IMG/VR virus record: IMGVR_UViG_3300012352_000233
Location: 1 to 27,741 of that record
From: a virus
Taxonomy: Duplodnaviria; Caudoviricetes
Strand: one strand, 5' to 3'
DNA: 27,741 nucleotides
Numbering within the stretch: position 1 is the first letter of the stretch; the number at the start of each line of letters is the position of its first letter. Under the pieces are notes generated by a model. It had not been told where the DNA came from and did not search any database. It worked only from the letters and a program-made list of their open reading frames with translations. Made by a program: the position numbers and the translations under genes. Below are positions 22,052 through 27,741 of the stretch, in pieces.

Positions 22052-23697
22052 AAATCGTTCTTGACATCGAAACCAACAGCACACACGATAAGATTTGGAT
22101 GTGTGTTACACGTAATATTGAAACAGATGAGGTAGTTGTATGGAAAGCAGCAAGTGGATTACAAAAGTATTTGGAAAGTTGCGATTTGATTATCATGCAC
22201 AACGGAATAAATTTCGATGCACCGGTACTGCGGAAGAACTGGAACGTCACGATGAAGTTGAGCCAAGTGTACGATACGCTGATCGCAAGCCGTCTACTGA
22301 ATCCAAGTCTAGAAGGCGGTCATAGCCTAGACGCATGGGGTCAACGATTAGGTTATCCTAAAGGTGACTTCAGCGACTGGGACGGTGGTTATTCTAAAGA
22401 GATGGAAGAATACTGCATACAAGACACCAAAGTAACTAGAGAAGTGTATATACATCTCATAACAGCATTTTGTATTAATAACTTTTCACAAAGGAGTATT
22501 GACCTTGAGCACAATGTACAAGCGATCATCACAAAGCAAGAAGAAAACGGCTTCAAACTCGATGAGCCTAAAGCTCTACAGTTATTGGCTGAACTTAAAA
22601 CTAAGCTGGACGTTATTCAAACTGAAATGCAAAGCATATTTCCTGCCAAAGTTGAATCAGGACGTATCAGCAAGCTCGGTAAGCCCCTCAAAGACATCGT
22701 CACGCCGTTCAACCCCGGCAGCCGTCAGCAAATCGCCGAGCGACTCATCGAAAAAGGCTGGAAGCCAACCAAGCACACGGAAAAAGGCAGCGTCATCGTC
22801 GACGAAGCAGTCCTCGCCACGCTCGACTTCCCGGAAGCCAAAACCTTAGCCGAGTACATGATGCTGCAAAAGCGGATTGGACAGATTGAGAGCTGGTTAG
22901 ACAGTCTTAAATCCGATGGACGTGTCCACGGTAGGGTTATCACAAACGGCGCTGTAACAGGTCGTATGACGCACATGAGTCCTAACATGGCTCAAGTACC
23001 TAATAGTGGTAGCCCTTACGGACATGAGTGTAGAGAACTTTGGACAGTAGAGAAAGGCAATGCGTTAGTTGGTATCGATGCTTCAGGGTTAGAACTTCGT
23101 ATGCTGGCTCACTACATGAACGATAATGCGTATACAAATGAAGTCGTATCGGGCGACATACACACGGCAAATCAAAAAGCTGCTGGACTCGAAACTAGGA
23201 ACCAAGCGAAGACGTTTATTTATGCATTCCTCTATGGCGCAGGAAGTGCCAAAATCGGGTCGATTGTCGGTGGCTCTGCGAAAGAAGGACAGAAACTTAT
23301 TGATTCTTTTCTACGCAACACACCCAAGCTCAAAGCACTACGAGAAAAGGTTGGTAGAATCTATCTGGAGAAGGGAAAACTACCGGGTCTTGATGGAAGG
23401 CAGCTACTCGTTCGCTCCGAGCATTCGGCACTCAACACGCTCCTCCAAGGTGCAGGTGCTATTGTCATGAAGCAAGCTTTAGTCATCCTCGATAAGAAGA
23501 TGAAGCTACAGAAGATTCCATTCAAGTTCGTGGCTAATGTACACGATGAGTGGCAGATTGAAGTACCTCAAGAGTTTGCTGAGAAGGTTGGTAATCTCGG
23601 TGTTAGATCGATTGAGGAAGCAGGTAAGGTGTTAGAGATGCGTTGTCCTCTAACTGGTGAATTTAAATGTGGTAACAATTGGAAGGAAACACACTAA
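22048..23697 (+). CDS. Family A DNA polymerase, T7 gp5-like (3'-5' exonuclease plus polymerase, 549 aa)
   Basis: Start corrected to MKIVLDIET (ExoI); 'HNGINFD', 'YCIQD', motif A 'DASGLELR', motif B 'RNQAKTFIYAFLYG', motif C 'NVHDE'. Confidence 0.97.
   Translation: MKIVLDIETNSTHDKIWMCVTRNIETDEVVVWKAASGLQKYLESCDLIIMHNGINFDAPVLRKNWNVTMKLSQVYDTLIASRLLNPSLEGGHSLDAWGQRLGYPKGDFSDWDGGYSKEMEEYCIQDTKVTREVYIHLITAFCINNFSQRSIDLEHNVQAIITKQEENGFKLDEPKALQLLAELKTKLDVIQTEMQSIFPAKVESGRISKLGKPLKDIVTPFNPGSRQQIAERLIEKGWKPTKHTEKGSVIVDEAVLATLDFPEAKTLAEYMMLQKRIGQIESWLDSLKSDGRVHGRVITNGAVTGRMTHMSPNMAQVPNSGSPYGHECRELWTVEKGNALVGIDASGLELRMLAHYMNDNAYTNEVVSGDIHTANQKAAGLETRNQAKTFIYAFLYGAGSAKIGSIVGGSAKEGQKLIDSFLRNTPKLKALREKVGRIYLEKGKLPGLDGRQLLVRSEHSALNTLLQGAGAIVMKQALVILDKKMKLQKIPFKFVANVHDEWQIEVPQEFAEKVGNLGVRSIEEAGKVLEMRCPLTGEFKCGNNWKETH
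22505..22849 (+). CDS. Candidate overprinted Ser/Lys-rich protein in the +1 frame of the polymerase (114 aa)
   Basis: AAGGAG (22491-22496) 8 nt before an in-frame TTG; open to TAG 22847; coincides with strongly skewed polymerase codon usage. Confidence 0.5.
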   Translation: MSTMYKRSSQSKKKTASNSMSLKLYSYWLNLKLSWTLFKLKCKAYFLPKLNQDVSASSVSPSKTSSRRSTPAAVSKSPSDSSKKAGSQPSTRKKAASSSTKQSSPRSTSRKPKP

Positions 23698-23846
23698 TGC
23701 ATGAATTACAACAAGTAGTATTTTCCTTGTTACGTCAAGGTGACAGCACTGCTGAGATTCTTATGTGGCTTGAGCAGATTTCTAGCGAATTGGTTATTAC
23801 AAATCAATACTTAAAACCAATCAAAGAACATGAAATGCGCCCATGA
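23697..23846 (+). CDS. Small hypothetical protein (49 aa)
   Basis: Not in the ORF track. MHELQQVVFSLLRQGDSTAEILMWLEQ...; TAATG overlap with the polymerase; AAGGA RBS. Confidence 0.6.
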   Translation: MHELQQVVFSLLRQGDSTAEILMWLEQISSELVITNQYLKPIKEHEMRP

Positions 23847-24016
23847 ACGATAAATCTATCCCAGCAGACTTTGTTCCGTTAATTACCATTGGTGAGATAG
23901 ATGGATATTTAATGGTGTATACTTCAGAGCCACATGAAGACGTATTAGAGATACTTGAGCGTACTCTCGATGTGTTGGAAAATGGCGACAAAGATCAAGA
24001 AATGACGTTGCAGTAG
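23843..24016 (+). CDS. Small acidic hypothetical protein (57 aa)
   Basis: Not in the ORF track. MNDKSIPADFVPLITIGEIDGYLMVYTS...; ATGA overlap. Confidence 0.6.
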   Translation: MNDKSIPADFVPLITIGEIDGYLMVYTSEPHEDVLEILERTLDVLENGDKDQEMTLQ

Positions 24017-24023
24017 ATGTAAA

Positions 24024-24034
24024 TGTGGTATAAT
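24024..24034 (+). promoter_or_regulatory. Extended -10 promoter upstream of the SSB-like gene
   Basis: TGTGG-TATAAT in the intergenic gap; -35 weak. Confidence 0.6.
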
Positions 24035-24073
24035 GTAAAAGCAGTATTTCACTAACCTAGTAAAGGATATAAT

Positions 24074-24526
24074 ATGTTTAAGAAGATCACAACCCCTGTA
24101 GCTATCAAGGGAGAATTGTTTTGGGCAAGATGGATGGGTGAGATTAACCACACCTTTGACGTTCCCGGACGTGAGAACAACAAGTACGAGTGTGTAATCG
24201 GTAATATCAGCGAAGAAGACTGCGCCAAGCTAAAGTCTTTGCTTCAGATTGAGCCGAAGTTTAAAGAGTCTCAAGGTCATTTCATTTTAGCCAAGAGTAT
24301 CTTTCCACACATCCCAGTAGACACTAAAGGTAATCCAGTTCCTTTGGAAGCTATCGGTAACGGTACAAAAGTTAATGTTGAATTGACTTCCTACGAGACA
24401 ATGATGTCGAAGAAGCATGGCTTCTCACCTTCTATCGTTGCTCCTAAAGGCAAGCCTTCATCATTAGTTGTGACAGAAGTTGTTACATACGTTGCTCCTG
24501 AAGAAGCTTTGGACGACGTTCTGTAA
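24074..24526 (+). CDS. Single-stranded DNA-binding protein (T7 gp2.5-like OB fold, putative)
   Basis: 'IKGELFWA', 'KYEC', 'IGNGTKVNV', acidic C-terminus EEALDDVL; between polymerase and exonuclease. Confidence 0.7.
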   Translation: MFKKITTPVAIKGELFWARWMGEINHTFDVPGRENNKYECVIGNISEEDCAKLKSLLQIEPKFKESQGHFILAKSIFPHIPVDTKGNPVPLEAIGNGTKVNVELTSYETMMSKKHGFSPSIVAPKGKPSSLVVTEVVTYVAPEEALDDVL

Positions 24527-25206
24527 TGAGAGCTTTAATCGACGCTGACTCACTCGTCTATGCTATTGGCTTCTCCAGTGAAGACATTGAAGAGCCTTTA
24601 GCTAAATGGAGGATGAATGAAGCTGTCGATACGATTCTTTCTGATGTAGGAGCAGATACTTACTTTGGTTGGTTAACGGGTAAAGGAAACTTCCGTAACG
24701 ACATAGCTAAGACTGCTCCTTACAAAGGAACTCGTGTGGCTCCTAAACCGGCTCATTATACTGCCTTACGTGAACACTTACAGGTCAAGTACGGCTTTAT
24801 GATGACGCACGGAATAGAAGCAGACGATGCTGTTGCAATAGCTTGTTATGCTATCCCTGAAGATGAAATGATTATGGTACATATTGATAAAGACCTTAAT
24901 CAACTTCGTGGGTGGCATTACAACTACCGCAAGAAAGAAAAGTATCATGTAACGGAGTTTGAAGGCTTACTAAGCTTTTATACTCAAATACTTACTGGAG
25001 ATCGAATTGACAACATCATTGGTCTTAAAGGGATTGGTCCCGTCAAAGCACAAAGGATTCTTAAAGAATGCAAAACAGAAAACGAAATGTATCTTGCTTG
25101 CCTCGAAGCCTACCAAGGAAACGAGGAGCGAGTCTTGGAGAACGGGCAGCTATTATGGCTCCAAAGAGATCACGGTCAGCTCTGGACACCGCCAAGCTTG
25201 TCCTAG
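24526..25206 (+). CDS. 5'-3' exonuclease (T7 gp6-like)
   Basis: 'LIDADSLVY', 'NFR', 'YKGTR', 'IEADD', 'DKDLNQ', 'GDRIDNIIGLKGIGPVKA'. Confidence 0.93.
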   Translation: MRALIDADSLVYAIGFSSEDIEEPLAKWRMNEAVDTILSDVGADTYFGWLTGKGNFRNDIAKTAPYKGTRVAPKPAHYTALREHLQVKYGFMMTHGIEADDAVAIACYAIPEDEMIMVHIDKDLNQLRGWHYNYRKKEKYHVTEFEGLLSFYTQILTGDRIDNIIGLKGIGPVKAQRILKECKTENEMYLACLEAYQGNEERVLENGQLLWLQRDHGQLWTPPSLS

Positions 25207-25493
25207 TTGAATGGTTAGACGCTTTAGCACAAGGTGAATGGCATGAAGCAAAAAGAGAAGACTTACGTTGTAAATCGGTTGGATTTATTGTTTATGAAGA
25301 CGATGAGCAAATCGAGCTTGCAGGGACTATCACCGATGGAATGTGCAATAACAGCATCACAATCCCGAAAAAAATGCTTACGAAAAGGAAGGAAGTTAAA
25401 CTTGAAACCGCAAAGCGCAAAAGCAAAGGGAAGAAAGTTACAACAGTGGGTGAGGGATCAGATACTCCAACGGTTCCCTACGCTGACCACTGA
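25155..25493 (+). CDS. Hypothetical phage protein (VEWxDA...SVG...IP pattern)
   Basis: 'LVLVEWLDA...CKSVGFIVYEDDEQIEL...ITIPKKM'; start uncertain; overlaps both neighbours. Confidence 0.55.
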   Translation: MAPKRSRSALDTAKLVLVEWLDALAQGEWHEAKREDLRCKSVGFIVYEDDEQIELAGTITDGMCNNSITIPKKMLTKRKEVKLETAKRKSKGKKVTTVGEGSDTPTVPYADH

Positions 25494-25788
25494 TGATGTA
25501 CGCAGCACTAGCATGGGTGCAGGGGGTGAGGATGTTCAATTGTCTACTGCAGCTCGTGAGTTGGTCACTTACACAATCGAATGCAAAAACAGAAAAGCAA
25601 TCGCAGTGTACAAGGACTACGAACAAGCAAAGACTCATGGACTGATTGAACCTTTAGTTATTTTGAAACAGAATCTAAGCAAGCCTCTGGCGCTAGTAGA
25701 CGCAGAACACTTCTTAGACATGGTTCAAAAGATTAAAGACTTACAGCATCAAATAGATGTATTACTACTTGTGAAAGGCACGAAATGA
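25402..25788 (+). CDS. PD-(D/E)XK nuclease, Holliday junction resolvase-like
   Basis: TTG start after AGGAAG; 'SAKAKGRKLQQWVRD', 'GED', 'IECKN'. Confidence 0.75.
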   Translation: MKPQSAKAKGRKLQQWVRDQILQRFPTLTTDDVRSTSMGAGGEDVQLSTAARELVTYTIECKNRKAIAVYKDYEQAKTHGLIEPLVILKQNLSKPLALVDAEHFLDMVQKIKDLQHQIDVLLLVKGTK

Positions 25789-26087
25789 CTGTCGAATACC
25801 CACGCAAGGTAACGATTACAATTGAAGAAGAAAACAACGTCTTCAGTAATGTATTCGTCACCGAAGATTCCGACACATGGCAAAACTTAGTGTTAAAGCT
25901 TCTCAACACTGTTAACGCTGTGTACGGATATGATGTGAAGGAGTCTATAGCATTTATCAGTGGACATGACTTTGTCGACTACTGGACTGAGGAAGGTGAG
26001 CGTACAATCACACGCAGTGCTTTTGCAGTTGCTAAAGGCTTTGATAAAGAACGTAACGAAGTATCAGACTGGGGTGATGACGAATGA
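25785..26087 (+). CDS. Hypothetical protein (100 aa)
   Basis: ATGA overlaps at both ends. Confidence 0.65.
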   Translation: MTVEYPRKVTITIEEENNVFSNVFVTEDSDTWQNLVLKLLNTVNAVYGYDVKESIAFISGHDFVDYWTEEGERTITRSAFAVAKGFDKERNEVSDWGDDE

Positions 26088-26821
26088 AGATTTTATTACT
26101 AGATATTGAGTCAAGTCCTAATACGGCGCATGTTTGGGGATTATGGCAGCAAAACGTCAGTATCAATCAGTTAATGGAATCTTCCTATGTGCTTTGCTAT
26201 GCAGCGAAGTGGCTCGGAGAAGACGACATCTACTTTGATTCTGTACACCAATCTAAACCTAAAGCAATGTTGAAAGGTATTCATGTACTATTGGATGAAG
26301 CTGACGCTGTGGTGCATTATAACGGTACTAAGTTTGACATTCCTACGCTTAACAAGGAATTCCTCTTACATCGTTACAATCCACCATCGCCTTATAAACA
26401 GATTGACCTACTTCGTGTGGTTCGTAGTAACTTTAGATTTCCTTCTAATAAGTTGGATTATGTATCCCAACGGCTCGGTCTAGGATCTAAAGAGTCTCAC
26501 GAAGGACACGACCTTTGGGTTAAGTGTATGAACGGAGATAAAGATGCTTGGAAGCGTATGGAATCGTATAACATTCAGGATGTCGTTTTGCTTGAATCTC
26601 TTTATAGCACTCTTCTTCCATGGATCAAATCTCATCCTAATCATAATCTTTATACCAGTGATACTGTTTGCCCCACCTGTTCTGGGCATCGATTACAAAA
26701 GCGTGGCACTGCTGTCTCGATTACTGGCACTTATCAACGGTATCAGTGCAAGGATTGCGGAAGCTGGTCTCAGGGTGCAAAAACAACGAAGAAACCGGTA
26801 GAGGTGAAACACTATGCCTGA
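26084..26821 (+). CDS. DnaQ/RNase H-like 3'-5' exonuclease-fold protein with C-terminal zinc ribbon
   Basis: 'LLDIES', 'YNGTKFDIP', 'SNKLD', 'YNIQDV'; CPTC...CKDC. Confidence 0.85.
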   Translation: MKILLLDIESSPNTAHVWGLWQQNVSINQLMESSYVLCYAAKWLGEDDIYFDSVHQSKPKAMLKGIHVLLDEADAVVHYNGTKFDIPTLNKEFLLHRYNPPSPYKQIDLLRVVRSNFRFPSNKLDYVSQRLGLGSKESHEGHDLWVKCMNGDKDAWKRMESYNIQDVVLLESLYSTLLPWIKSHPNHNLYTSDTVCPTCSGHRLQKRGTAVSITGTYQRYQCKDCGSWSQGAKTTKKPVEVKHYA

Positions 26822-27221
26822 TATTAATCAAATTAATAGGGCTTATGCTGAAGCATGGTATAAAGAACAAAATAACATTCCAGTAGCTATGCCAGCACCT
26901 TACGGATACTCTTCTGAGGACTTTACCTTGGAGGAGTATTTCAAGGGGTTACAGAAGTTTCATCCAGTAGAAGATGAAGTATCTCATGTAAAGTCTACAC
27001 AAGTTGGTGGAGATCATTACCAAAAAGGTGCATTACAGCCTTGGGATATTTTTTTAGCATGGAAGCTTGACCCTTGGGCAGCAAATGTGGTAAAATATAT
27101 ACTAAGATTTCCTTTTAAGAATGGCATTGAAGACTTACGCAAAGCCAGACATTACATTGATTTCTTAATTAGCCACTATGATGAAGTAAAAGAGACGTAT
27201 TACACGAAGGACAAGAAATAA
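26814..27221 (+). CDS. DUF3310-family protein (T7 gp1.7 nucleotide kinase-related)
   Basis: 'QVGGDHY', 'NVVKYILR...KNGIEDLRKARHYIDFL'. Confidence 0.8.
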   Translation: MPDINQINRAYAEAWYKEQNNIPVAMPAPYGYSSEDFTLEEYFKGLQKFHPVEDEVSHVKSTQVGGDHYQKGALQPWDIFLAWKLDPWAANVVKYILRFPFKNGIEDLRKARHYIDFLISHYDEVKETYYTKDKK

Positions 27222-27392
27222 ATGTTTCCCCTGACGCTAGTAGAACTTCGAGAGCGTCTAAAAAGCCTTGATGAGGTAAGCTTACTGGAGTTGTTAAATA
27301 TCAACTCAGAAGACCTTGTCAAGGCTTTTGCTGACTTAATCGAAGAGAATTTTGAAAACCTTATAACCGAAGTAGACTGGGAAGAAGAATGA
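27222..27392 (+). CDS. Small acidic hypothetical protein (56 aa)
   Basis: Not in the ORF track. MFPLTLVELRERLKSLDEVSLLELLNINSEDLVKAFAD...; ATGA overlap with the RNR start. Confidence 0.65.
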   Translation: MFPLTLVELRERLKSLDEVSLLELLNINSEDLVKAFADLIEENFENLITEVDWEEE

Positions 27393-27741
27393 CAGAAAAA
27401 TACCAAATGACCCCGTACAACACCTTCATCGCTAAGAGCCGCTATAGCCGGTATCTCGATGACAAGGGACGTAGAGAACACTGGGGAGAGACAGTAGCTC
27501 GTTACTTTGACTTTATGGAGAAGCACCTAGAGACAAAACAAAACTACAAGTTAACACCTGAGTTACGTAATGAGTTACAAACAGCAGTTACTCAATTAGA
27601 TGTAGTCCCATCTATGCGAGCAATCATGACAGCAGGACCTGCCTTAGAGCGTCAGAACGTGGCAGCATTCAATTGTTCATATCTACCTATTGACGACCCT
27701 AAAGCCTTTGACGAAGCGATGTATATCCTTCTCTGTGGCAC
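27389..27741 (+). CDS. nrdJ: Ribonucleotide reductase, probably class II (adenosylcobalamin-dependent), N-terminal part only
   Basis: Translated by hand: 'FIAKSRYSRY...RREHWGETVARY...PSMRAIMTAG...FNCSYLPID...FDEAMYILLCG'; runs off the window end. Confidence 0.8.
   Translation, partial: MTEKYQMTPYNTFIAKSRYSRYLDDKGRREHWGETVARYFDFMEKHLETKQNYKLTPELRNELQTAVTQLDVVPSMRAIMTAGPALERQNVAAFNCSYLPIDDPKAFDEAMYILLCG

Noticed and set aside
23126-23470. Second +1-frame ORF inside the polymerase (114 aa)
   Set aside because: Only a short C-ending patch near 23400-23450, no convincing SD, and unremarkable composition; much weaker than 22505-22849, though worth including in the same test.
27200-27526. Minus-strand 108-aa ORF and similar antisense ORFs in both arms
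   Set aside because: Antisense to well-supported genes, against the arm's direction, and without recognisable motifs.
1-27741. Alternative genetic code, introns/inteins, integrase or transposase
   Set aside because: Genes tile densely under the standard code with TAA, TGA and TAG stops; core proteins are of normal length; no recombinase motifs seen.

Overview
A contiguous segment of a tailed dsDNA phage genome (podovirus-type, Gram-negative host, most likely a beta/gammaproteobacterium) with two divergent arms that meet at an ~770-bp non-coding, repeat-rich region (15088-15857), which probably contains the genome ends or packaging site. The minus arm (15087 to 1) is the morphogenesis/lysis module: small and large terminase, portal, scaffold, major capsid, Ala/Ser-rich tail fibre, a C1q-like protein, three paralogous polyglycine-rich adhesin-like proteins, holin candidates, a SAR endolysin, an embedded Rz/Rz1 spanin pair, and adaptor and tail-stabilisation proteins. 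The plus arm (15858 to 27741) holds small early genes, then a T7-like replisome (primase-helicase, family A polymerase with Tyr at the 762-equivalent position, SSB, 5'-3' exonuclease, resolvase-like nuclease), a DnaQ/RNase H-like exonuclease, a DUF3310 protein and the start of a class II ribonucleotide reductase. No phage RNA polymerase, integrase, tRNA or CRISPR array is visible, and transcription appears to rely on near-consensus sigma70 promoters. Main oddities: (1) a probable overprinted Ser/Lys-rich gene in the +1 frame of the polymerase, with its own Shine-Dalgarno and a sharp codon-bias footprint; (2) a palindromic face-to-face promoter pair after the portal gene; (3) two tandem stand-alone sigma70 region-4-like proteins; (4) apparent complete avoidance of GGCC and CCWGG; (5) a triple glycine-rich adhesin array. 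Family names come from motif recognition, not database searches.
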